DNA of 64,000 nucleotides from Podarcis cretensis. Taxonomy: Eukaryota. This document shows positions 49,960-60,900 of the stretch, piece by piece; the stretch's first letter is position 1; the number at the start of each line of letters is the position of its first letter. The notes under the pieces are model-generated. The model saw nothing but the letters and a program-made list of their open reading frames with translations. It did not search any database and was not told the DNA's origin. The position numbers and the translations under genes were made by a program. The DNA lies in NCBI GenBank assembly GCA_951804945.1, contig OX638150.1:50654001-50718000 (forward strand). Direction: 5' to 3'.

Positions 49960-50085
49960 TTTAATTTTCAAAGAGCTTACAATCTTTTATTCACTTGACC
50001 TCATAACAATCCTATGTAGTAGATCACAATGTGTCCCATTTCACAGATAGGAAACTGATGCGATAGCTGACCCATGGCCATGCAG
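49960..50085 (-). mobile_element. MIR/CORE-SINE remnant
   Basis: cctcataacaatcctatg...cccatttcacagataggaaactga matches the MIR core consensus. Confidence 0.6.
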
Positions 50086-50659
50086 TGGTATAAAACCATG
50101 TCCCATCAGTGCAATTGGACTTTCCCCCCTTTCCTCCACTTGCACTCACCATACACCTTTCATAAATCTGCTCCGGAACAGATTCAGGAAGTTCATGGAG
50201 GGTAGGAGAACGTTCTGTTGCTCAAGCAGATGTTCCTGGGCTTACAAAATGTTCACGGAGTGCTGCATTGCATGCAACCCTATACCTGCCTATACATCTA
50301 TCACAAAGCCATTAGAATTGAGAGGCGATTAAGATAATTGCATAACTATTGAGTCACAGCTTATCATGATTCATTCTAGAAGCAGACCATCACTATGTTT
50401 GGCCTTTCATAAAATGGAACATAATCATAGTGTTTTGTGCTTTTAAAAATGCCTCTCTCTAAGAAGACCAACCACGGTAGCCAGCAATTATATCCAGAGT
50501 GTGGGAATAAGCCTTGACTTAATGATGGGAAGCTTAGACACTGTGTCCCATGGTAGGGCCTTCCTGGGACTACAACGTGCAAGCGGGATTTGTGTGAATG
50601 GGAGCCAGACTAGACCGCTGGTTCAGCCCTGACAAATGTATGTGGTGCTCTTGAATTCT

Positions 50660-50810
50660 TCCAGGTAAAAATCCCCACTCACCCAAGAAGGTCGCTGGAT
50701 GACTATCACACAAGGTTGTGGTGAGGATAAAATGGAGAGAAGGGAGAACAATGTACGCCACTTTGAGCTTCTTGGAGGAAATGCAATGTATAAATGTAAT
50801 AATAATATAA
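50660..50810 (+). mobile_element. MIR-like squamate SINE with L2-like tail
   Basis: caaggttgtggtgaggataaaatgg...tgtacgccactttgagcttcttggagg...tataaatgtaataataat. Confidence 0.6.
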
Positions 50811-51968
50811 ATGGGGTACAAGAAATAAGAAAAGCTAAAAGAATTAGCTGGGCACTTTAAGGACTTGCCAAGGCATGTTTAAGGCAGCAGGGGGTGGGGG
50901 GAGCTCCCGTATGTCACACATTTTCCATACATTACCTGGAAAGAAAAAGGAATGGCATTAGATATGGCTGCTGCTAGTGATGTGCAGAGTAAACAGAATT
51001 AAGCAAGAGTGTTATAGACAAGCATGTGGAGGATTAGGAAGGAAGCATATTTTGTCAAAGATTAATTATCTGCAGCCCCTACACTGGCCAAGGCCTCTTA
51101 GCATTTTTCACAGCCATATTGTTCACATATCCAAACTATCTGTGGTTAAATCCAATGCTGACATGAGACTATTGCATGCAGAAACTACTCCCAATAAAAT
51201 TCTGAAGTCCCTTCTGACTTCTTTGCTATAAGGCCAGAGCCGTATGAAAAATAATGTAGCCGAATAAGTCAGCATTGTTCATCTTAAATGACTGAACATA
51301 CCTAACCCATCGAAGATAATTTTGCATAAAATGTAGCCTAAGAAGGAGTGAAGCACACCATTCATCTAATAATTCCATTACAGTTTTAGGGAAACTGCTA
51401 AAGAAACATTTTCTCAAGACAGCAGGAGAAAGGTGAGGAGAAGACAACCAAGACCAGGCTAACACAGTTTTGTCACTGTGGAAATATATATTTGGGTCCA
51501 GGATTAAACAAGTATGCGGTAATAATTACAACACTATTTGAAGTTTTGCGGGAGGTGTTTTTACATGTGATTGTTGGTACTTGCTGCTGAAACTCTGGAC
51601 AGGGAAGAAGACAAATGGAACAAACTAAACAAAAACTTGATCGACACCAGTCAAGTTCACAAAAAATTACTAGCCTGAAAAATATTTACTAGCTTGCTGG
51701 GGGCTGGCAGAGGAGGGAAGGAAAGTGCTGTCTTTCTCACAGCACCTTGTGGCATTTGCATCCCGGGTGCAGAAGATAGGGCTTCCCTTCTCAGGCAGCC
51801 CACTTGGGTTCTTCAACAGGCATAGGGGAAGATCCTGTCAATCGCTGACCAGCCTGTTCACTTGCCTGTGCACAATTCCTTGACACCTATGGTTACCAAG
51901 TGAGTGCTTAAATGCAAGGATAACTGAAAACTTACACAGGCCAAACCTGAAAAAGGTTCTGGGTAGTA

Positions 51969-52333
51969 AAGGTAAAAGGTAAAGGTACCCCTGCCCGTAC
52001 AGGCCAGTCTTGACAGACTCTGGGGTTGTGCGCCCATCTCACTCAAGAGGCCAGGGGCCAGCGCTGTCCGGAGACACTTCCGGGTCACGTGGCCAGCGTG
52101 ACAAAGCTGCATCTGGCGAGCCAGAGCTGCACACGGAAACGCCGTTTACCTTCCCGCTGGTAAGCGGTCCCTATTTATCTACTTGCACCCGGAGGTGCTT
52201 TCGAACTGCTAGGTTGGCAGGCGCTGGGACCGAGCAGCGGGAGCGCACCCCGCCGCAGGGATTCGAACCGCCGACCTTTCGATCGGCAAGTCCTAGGCGC
52301 TGAGGCTTTAACCCACAGCGCCACCTGTGTCCC
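51969..52333 (-). mobile_element. Sauria SINE, full length
   Basis: 5' GGGACACAGGTGGCGCTGTGGGTTAAA...GGTTCGAATCCC (A/B boxes), 3' (ACCTTT)n tail; 11-bp TSD tctgggtagta (51958-51968) / tcggggtagta (52334-52344). Confidence 0.93.
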
Positions 52334-52444
52334 TCGGGGTAGTAGATACAGGTTTTCAAATACCTGTGCTGCTAACTGACCTTCTCCAATTATCTTGTCA
52401 CAAATTATTCCCTGCAAACAATCCTGGGCCTTTTATGGAAACAT

Positions 52445-52646
52445 TTACAGACGCTTCAGGTTACAGACTCCGCTAACCCAGAAATAATACCTCGGGTTAA
52501 GAACTTTGCTTCAGGATGAGAACAGAAATCGTGTGGTAGCGGGGGCGGGAGGCCCCATTAGCTAAAGTGGTACCTCAGGTTAAGAACAGTTTCAGCTTAA
52601 GAACGGACCTCCAGAACGATTAAGTTCTTAACCTGAGGTACCACTG
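52445..52646. mobile_element. Tigger/pogo-like MITE, left end truncated
   Basis: Right end gttcttaacctgaggtaccactg|TA; internal repeats of ggttaagaac. Confidence 0.8.
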
Positions 52647-52666
52647 TAATGCACATTGCTCTAGTG

Positions 52667-52797
52667 CAGGGTTTCACAAATTTTGGTCTCTAGCTGCTTT
52701 TGGAATATAATTCCCATCATCCCATTGGTCCTGCTAGCTAGGGATGATGGGAGTTGTAGTCCAAAAACAGCAAGAGACCCAAGTTTAGGAAACCCCA
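52667..52797. mobile_element. Palindromic hAT-type MITE
   Basis: cagggtttcacaaa...aagtttaggaaacccc; same family as 15808-15941. Confidence 0.8.
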
Positions 52798-53055
52798 TAA
52801 TAGTGTATGCACAGTACATATTTTTTTAATAAACATTTTACTGGGGGTATAATTTTGATTGCAGCATTTGTGCTTTATTGGTGCAAAATTTGGAGTTCAA
52901 TGACACAGAAGCTGGATCGTGCTCCTGGCTTAAATGCAATCATGTTTCTGGCCATGAGAGTCATCCATCCAACAACATGGACAACTGCAGAGTCTAAGAA
53001 GATGCTGCAAGCATTATAGTCAGTGAGGTTTCACAATGTTGAGTTTGGTCCAAAT

Positions 53056-53172
53056 CAGGGGTGGAGAACTAGGCACTGTTGAACTAGGACTCCCAGCATC
53101 CCTGACCACTGGCCATGCTGGCTGGGACCGAGTTGGAGCCCAACAACACCTGGAGGTTCACAGACTCCCCAC
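53056..53172. mobile_element. Palindromic hAT-type MITE (degenerate)
   Basis: caggggtggagaac...ctcccagcatccctgacc...ctcccca. Confidence 0.5.
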
Positions 53173-53267
53173 TCTTATCTCAGTCAAGCAATGCTTTTCA
53201 TGTGTTCCACACACAGGCACTCACAAAATATGCTTGCCACACAACTCCGCTAGTAGAACACATAAGA

Positions 53268-53688
53268 CCTGGAAACAATGCCTTATGAGGAACGGCTAAG
53301 GGAGCTGGGCATGTTTAGCCTGGAGAAGAGGAGGTTAAGGGGTGATATGATAGCCAAGTTCAAATATATAAAAGGATGTCACATAGAGGAGGGAGAAAGG
53401 TTGTTTTCTGCTGCTCCAGAGAAGCGGACACGGAGCAATGGTTCCAAACTACAAGAAAGAAGATTCCACCTAAACATTAGGAAGAACTTCCTGACAGTAA
53501 GAGCTGTTCGACAGTGGAATTTGCTGCCAAGGAGTGTGGTGGAGTCTCCTTCTTTGGAGGTCTTTAAGCAGAGGCTTGACAACCATATGTCAGGAGTGCT
53601 CTGATGGTGTTTCTTGCTTGGCAGGGGGTTGGACTCGATGGCCCTTGTGGTCTCTTCCAACTCTATGATTCTATGATTCTATGATTCT
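53268..53688 (+). mobile_element. CR1 LINE, 5'-truncated 3' end
   Basis: ORF2 C-terminus [23 protein letters not shown]...[41 protein letters not shown]; 3'UTR ending in (ATTCTATG)n. Confidence 0.97.
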
Positions 53689-55723
53689 ACATACACTGAA
53701 GTGTATTGAGCCGCTTTTCAGGCATGGTGCTACCATAGCGAGGATGAGAACCTTTCCCACACAAATGCGTGGAATATTAGTGTGATGACATGTTGTTATG
53801 CAATTTTGAACTACCCACATGACCTGCAACTGGACTTGTGCCCCTGCAGAAGGCAGCAACTAATAGCAAGCTCCACATCCTACCATTGCAGCTTTATTGT
53901 GCAGAGAGTCTATGGAGGGAAAACAACCAAACGAATGCAAAGGAAGAGGGTGGTTTAAGATCACACAGCTGAGATCCCAGAGGCGCCTCTAAGCCCTAGC
54001 AATATTTTCTAATAAACTTGGTGTTATCTCCTGCCACACAGGAACAAAGACTAGGATAAATGAATAGCAATAAGACGAAGTATGTGTTGGGCATGGCACA
54101 AAAATGTGAGCGGGAAATAGGATCCAGGTGTAACGAACTCTCCCAGGCTGCCCCTCTTTGAAAATAGCAGCTGTGTGGGCAGACAGGGAAATTACTGGGT
54201 AATATCTAAGGCAGATTAAAAATAATAACGATCCGATTTTTAAAAGTTTCGTGCACTTTATAACTTGCCCTTCCCCAAATGAACCCTCTATGAAACACAA
54301 TCTGAGTTCACTACACAGAATGCAGAGGCTAACTAAAAGTAACAATGGTTTATTAAAACAATTAAAAAAAAATAAACATAACTAACCCATGGGTCTCTAG
54401 AAAACATAGTAAGATAAAGGCCACGCTTCCACATCAATAAATAACCAAAGAGGAAATTACTAGATTTTAGTCCTGTGCCAACACCACTAGCACATTGTGA
54501 CATACCAAGAAGTGATCAGCCTAAAGATAAGCACACCTGTCACCTGAGAGGCGAAACCTACTGACATGTCAGTGTACTGGTCACCCACAGAAGAACAAAA
54601 GTCATGGGGAGAAAACGGGTGTCTGAAAATGGCTTAGCTGCTCTAAGGCACAGAGAAGGCAGCTCTCACATTTCACAAGGACATTTCTCCTCTGGTTTCC
54701 CAGCCCCTCCCTCCTCTCCCCTCTTTCCCTCCCTCTTTTCCTTGCACCTGCATGAATGATGGATGGCTCTGTCCCCATTTGCAGGTCTAGCCAACACACT
54801 GGGGAAGCTGCAGGGAGGGCTCCAACTGGAGCACTTGCAGCAGACTAGAAAGAAATAAAAGCAAGGAAGCTTGCGGAGAGATTTTAGATTAAGCAGGTGA
54901 TGAATCAAATAAGCAAAATAACTAAGCAACCTACGCCTGCTCTCCACGCCCCCCTCTCCACAACCACAACTCCCAAGCTGTGAAAAAGGAACTGGCTCTC
55001 AGAAGCTGAGAATATGGGTGGGGAGGGATGGAGCAAAGATGCTTCCTCAATTGTCAGGATGACTCCTAGCTCATTTGTTGGTCACAAAACTCATTGGGCT
55101 GGCAAATCTGCCGTGTCAAATGGAACAAGCGTTTGGGCAAATATTTGTTAAAAATGTCATTCCACTGATTATTCTAGGGGTGCACGGCAAAACAACAGAT
55201 CTGAGCTTTCAGAGATACTATAAGGGATGCTTCAAGGGTATAGCTAACCTGCAGAGGAAGGTAACCTCTTTGCTTTTTTTGCCCACACTCCTCATTGCAT
55301 TATTTTCTTGGGGAAACACTTTTCCCTGTGCTATGACCCGGGGTGGCCTCTGGTCTTTCCTCTCTTCAGATCTAGGCATCTTTTAAAAAGATAGCACACA
55401 CTTCTGTTTTTCAGAAGCCTGTTGAGAGAATGCACACTTCCCTGCAAAATTGGAATGCCTGCTATTCTTACCCTGAACTGCATGCAAGCGTCTGTGTAAT
55501 TTGTATGGCTGTGATTTGTTTTTCTTATGAAATAAATTAACAGTTTTAAAAAATTACATGCAACTTGAGAAATGGCAGGAGCATTCATCAGAAAGCCAGT
55601 AAGGAAATGCACTAAAACAAAAAAGCATAGTTAGCACCGGAAAAAAACACCAGTAGTCCAGTTCTGCTGATTTCATGCTATCTCTAACACCACCTATTAT
55701 ATGGTACGTCTGCCCATAGCATA

Positions 55724-55820
55724 GGTTTCCCCAGCCTGGTGTTTTAGACACCAACTCCCATCAGGTAGGATGGCCAAGACAAGGATGATGGGAGTCCAAA
55801 ACATCTGGAGTCCCCTGGGA
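55724..55820. mobile_element. Palindromic hAT-type MITE (degenerate)
   Basis: ggtgttttagacaccaactcccatc...gatgatgggagtccaaaacatctgg. Confidence 0.55.
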
Positions 55821-56710
55821 ATACAGACTATTAACCCCTTCTGGAAACTGTAGCTTTGTGAGGAAAATAGGGGACTCCTAACAACCCTAACAACCCTTAA
55901 CAAATGACAGTTCCCAGGATTCTTTGGGGAAAGCTATGACTCTTAAAGTGGTATTCCAGTGCGGGTGCAGTCAGGACAAGAATCTGTGGGAATGTTGCTA
56001 TGGATCTAGTCAGCTATCTTCAACTTTTCAAGACCTGTAAGCAGACTCACCTTTAGTCCAAACATGTGCTGGGGGACCCACTTCTCCTTTTTATTTTTTT
56101 ACCATACGCTTGTATGGTGGTAGTGCTGTTGCTGAAACCCATTTTAGGTCAGGCTACAGGTACCTGGTAGTGAGTCCCAATCCACTAGCTGAAATCCAGT
56201 GATCATTCTAGGCCTTCTCAGGTGTATTTGCTTTTCAGATCTCAGCAAAACCATGTGAAATGTTTGTGATTTGAAGGAACATCTTGAACATATAGGGTGA
56301 AAAGTCAGGAAGTAAAGCTAGCAGCAAGGTCAGGCTCCCAAGCATGCACTGAGCTCAAGGGCCTTTGCTCAACGTCCAGATTATTTTTATCCTGCCGTGT
56401 GATCTCTTCCCAGTCCCCTGAAATCCCATTCCAAAGAAAGGCTGGGAAAACTGTGTCTGAAAGCCCAACAATTTCATATCCTGTCTAGTTTTCTCACTCC
56501 AAGGAGGGGAAACAAATTCTAAAAACAGCATGTATGATGCTTGGGCTTTCCATCTTTAGACTAGAGAGTTGGGAGACAGAATTGTATGTGGCTGTGATTT
56601 CACATGGAATGTCTACATAGGCTTGGGAAATATGTGCTCAAGTATCATGGTGGTACATATCTATTATAGCTTATTCCCAAATTCAAAGAAGATGGCCAAT
56701 GCTTACAACT

Positions 56711-56716
<6 letters not shown>

Positions 56717-56750
<34 letters not shown>
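56717..56750. repeat. (CT)n microsatellite
   Basis: Seen directly. Confidence 0.9.
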
Positions 56751-56755
<5 letters not shown>

Positions 56756-57597
56756 ATGGGTTGAATTTAGAGGTGGGGGATTTATTCACAAAGATCTTTC
56801 CATTGCTTTCAAATAAGGAGCAGAACTGTCTTCTGTGCCCTCCAGATCAAATGAAATCTAGCCTACTCACATTTACAAAGTTTGCCAACCACTGGCTAAT
56901 GCAAATTTTCACTATCTGTAATACTAAAAAAACAAATCAGAAATAAAGGACGTAACAGGAGTCAGGATTGGTGAACACGGCAGGACAACCAAAAGATACA
57001 GAGGCCCAGAAGATCTCAAGAGGACCTTGTTGTTTGAGCAAAGCTTAGCTGCAGGAGGAAGCCCTCTTATAGTCCTTCCTACCCAAGGGGATTTCACAGC
57101 TTGTCTGTGTGGGCAGGGTCAGTTCAGAGCCAGAAGGTAGTAAACTGCTTATGCAGAGACTGCAACTTGCAAATCAGCAGCTCACTCCATGGACACCTGC
57201 AAACAAACCCAAAGGCTCCCATTTCTAACTCCAGCAGTTTTTGACAGATGCAATTATAGAATCAGACTTTGCACTGTAGTTCAGTTATTTCCCCAGTGTT
57301 TTATGAGGTAAGCATGTAAAGCAAGGAACATGTCTCCTGTAGATGCATGGCACCGAGTCGCAGAAAATGGTAGGTATTGGGTGAGTGTGAATGCAATGCA
57401 AGCTCCCAAGTACCGTACTTAAGTGTGCAGGTATTCACTTAACAAACAGTAAGCATGGTTCAAACCATGGCACCATGGAAGTGTGAAGAACCTCAGTACT
57501 AACTCAAAGACTAGCAAGGTGACAGAAAAGTTCAAGCTCAGGTTAAGAAGGCACAAGAAAGCTATTAGTATCCTGTGTCCTCCTTGAGCATTAAGCA

Positions 57598-57606
57598 TGA
57601 CCTTGA
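57598..57606 (-). promoter_or_regulatory. Perfect ERRE consensus (TCAAGGTCA) in intron 1
   Basis: Plus-strand TGACCTTGA; motif match only. Confidence 0.25.
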
Positions 57607-57825
57607 CAAGGAATCAAAGCCCTGTTGTACCTAGTACAATAAGTGTATCTGGGAGTGCCAGATGATCTTTGCAGTCAAGAGAAAAGCTACTACTGAGACC
57701 AAGCCCCAGTGATTGGAGACAAAGGTCTTGACATATTTACAGAAGATCACAATCCTCTTGAAGGCCCCGAGATCAGGTCAGCAAGCTCCACAGCCTATCA
57801 CACCAGGCCCTGAGAGCACTTACAG

Positions 57826-57959
57826 CAGGTGTGGGGAACACCTTTGGCCCTCCAGATGTCACTGTGCTACGACTCCCATCAGACCCAGCAAGCATGGGCC
57901 TCAGATGATGGGAACTGCAGTTCAGCAACATCTGAAGGGCCAAAGGTGTATCACACCTG
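57826..57959. mobile_element. Palindromic hAT MITE with 8-bp TSD
   Basis: CAGGTGTG...CACACCTG termini; TSD acttacag (57818-57825) / acttaaag (57960-57967). Confidence 0.88.
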
Positions 57960-60900
57960 ACTTAAAGGCAGCTCACAAATGGCAAGAAATCCAAACAGAC
58001 TTAAAACCATCCTACCAGCCTGAGAACAAACTTCATCTCTGCCGCTGCAGTTACCTCTCCCTCGACAAAAAAGGGACCTATTCTATTACATGGATGGAAG
58101 GAGGTAGAAAATTAAAGGTGAAGAGGGTAAGAATAGCTGTTTTTTTTCTATCACAATTCTTCCAATGGGTCAAAAGCTGCTTTTGTATTATAAAAGTGGT
58201 CAACACCAGTTTCTTATCAGATCAACAGGCTACAGTTCACTGCTCTGTCGAGCCCAATGCAATCTTTCCACGGAGTCGCTGGTCTGTCCCTAACTTGTCA
58301 TTAACCAGGATCCCCCAAGGGTCAATTCAAATGTTCAGCTATTAAGGATGTACAGCCCACTCACTTGAATGTACTACCTCAGCTTCTAAATGGGGAGTCA
58401 TAAAAATGACTACCCCGTGTCAAATTGGTCCAGAAGCATCCATTAATGGCAGGCAACTTGGAGATGAGCAGCACAGAAATACTTCAACTAGCAGACAAGA
58501 GTAAACACCAAAATTCCTCAAGTGATGAGCAGCATTAAGAATGAAACCAGGTTGTGGCAACTGTCCCACCTTAAGAGACTGTAGGACTTGGCTATGGGGA
58601 CTGGCAGGTACCCTCCTAATGTTCAGACTTCTGCTCTCACTTCTGAACATGCTCAAGTCTCACAGTGCCTTCTGCAGTTCTGAGAAAAATACCAGGAAAG
58701 AAAGAGCAGTCAGTTTCTCAGCACAAATATGTAAGCATTAAAAAGCAGGTATTGTTTTAAGACAAGCAACAAGACATGGCCAGGTTCCCAACAATAGAAC
58801 TGCCCCTGTGCTCAAGAATTGGAGGGGCCTGAAATTTCTAGTCCTGAAATGAAAGTTTGCACTTCAGGAGAAAGCCGTAACTAGATAGCCACAGAATACA
58901 GAGTCCTTCCAGATTGGTGGTTTGTTTTTTTCCAGGTGCGTGCTGCAACATGTCATTGACGCAACAAAAGTGTGTTAGTGTTGGGTTTTTTCCTGGACCT
59001 TCTGCACATCATTCACCTTTATTTCTTGTTCTGTGAGGCTTCCCCCATGCTACTGCATTACTGCTGTCTGGGAGGCCCCTCTTGCAACAAAATGAGGACA
59101 AATAAAAAATGCCCCAGAATGTATGTGGTACAAAAAGTTACACGATTTCTGCAGGAAGTTACAAGACATCCACCAATTGGAAATAAAGCAGGTGCAAAAC
59201 TTATTGAAAGTGGGGTCACATATAACCACCATGATGCCATCGAAGCCACTACAGAAAAGATGTCTGGTGGTGTCCCATGCAGTATATTGTATTATCATAA
59301 TCTAGGCACTGTGTGTGAGAGGCAAAAGCTCTGTATATATTTTGTTGTCTATTTGGCAACCCTACAGTTTTTTTTTCCAGTCTGCCCTACTCAATGGGGT
59401 ACACCTTCCAGCAACTGTATGATGTCTCCCCCCTTCTCCACAGTTCACAGTTGTGTGAGAATCTCATGGTTCTGGGCCCCCAGTGTTGGCAGCAAACAGT
59501 GAGGCCAGATATCACATTCGAACCCCCTGTAGCCTCCTGCTTTTCAGTAAGCATTCTCAGCATCATACACTCAGCTCAGATAATTCATCCAGAATAAAAA
59601 TAATTTCCCAATGATACGATTATAATTGCTAACAAACCCACCCTTAAATGTTAATATAGTCAGCTATTTTTGTCCACACTGATTTTTCTCAGTGGTTCTT
59701 TTTCCTCTTCTAACCCCTTGTTACGCTTTCGATCAAGGGTGCGTTTTTTACAATCACAAATGAATTTTAGGTTGGCCCTTCCAACCTTTCAGCCTAACAG
59801 ATGAATGGAAAAAGTCCACTTATAAAGAGCTCCAATAATTAGCTATGATAATTTAACAATGCTGTGAGCGAACTAATATTATCTCTAGAGCTCTCATTAA
59901 AAAAACCAACACTAAAAAAACCCCACCACTCTGCAACTGCAACTCTGCAAAACTGTCATATGGGAAGGAACCATTCCAGGTTTTTTTTTTTAGTTTATAA
60001 ATATTTCATCCACTCCCGGGGCCATTGTGACACTTTCCTAACCCCCATTGTCCTGCAGTTTGTTTGCACCGTATGCGCTTTCTACATTGCCATCAAAGGA
60101 GGACTTCCATGTTTCTTCTTTACTTCCGTCTATTAACACATCATTGCAACATATCTTATTAGGGTCCATCCCTTCCCGGTGGAAAATTTCTGAAGATGTT
60201 GTGGCATGACCAGACACATTCCCCATCATGGCAACAATTATCCCTGCTCAACTACAATCCCTGTTATTATAAGATTTTTTGGGAAACATAGCCAAGGGCA
60301 TGCATAGGGTAGAGACACTCTTTCCTGAAGGCCAACATTTTTGCAGTTTTTCTCTCAGCACTGCTGGAGAATATAAACTGGAGTCAGCACAAAATGAATG
60401 GCTGCAGCCTTAAAGCAGCACCCATATTTTCCATTCTGTCCTATATGGGTTCCTCTAATACTCCTCCCTTACTACAGTATCTGAGTTACCAACGCTCAGA
60501 GATACAGTCACTCTGAGCTTAAAAGCTAACAGCAGATGAGAAAAACTTCTATTATTCATGGCATCTGATTAACTCATTGGTATTAATGATCTGCACACAA
60601 TGCAAAGTTATGACATTTGTTTAGGTCACAGGGATCCGGAGTACAAATTTGTTGTGAAGACACAGAGGAAATGGACTATCTAGAGACTCCAGAAATACTG
60701 TCCTCGTGTCCTCAGAGTGTTAATGTCCAGAGGAGAATGAATGAATGAAGATGGGTGGGGAGGGAGGAGCAATAGAATCTGTCTGGATTTAAGCAAATAT
60801 TCCACACACACCCTCCAAGATTCAGACATCTGTCTGCACTGCCCAAATATTACCCTTTTTCATCGGTTTGCCTGTTTGACAATTCCTGTTCTGCCGGAAA

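Noticed and set aside
53278-53604. 108-aa ORF as a host gene
   Set aside because: It is the C-terminus of CR1 ORF2 in a 5'-truncated copy.
57713-59502. 210-aa and 176-aa plus-strand ORFs
   Set aside because: Non-ATG starts, no domain similarity, and the first runs through a MITE.
60000-60260. Faint Myb/SANT (Harbinger)-like peptide on the minus strand
   Set aside because: Similarity is too weak to support without an HMM search.
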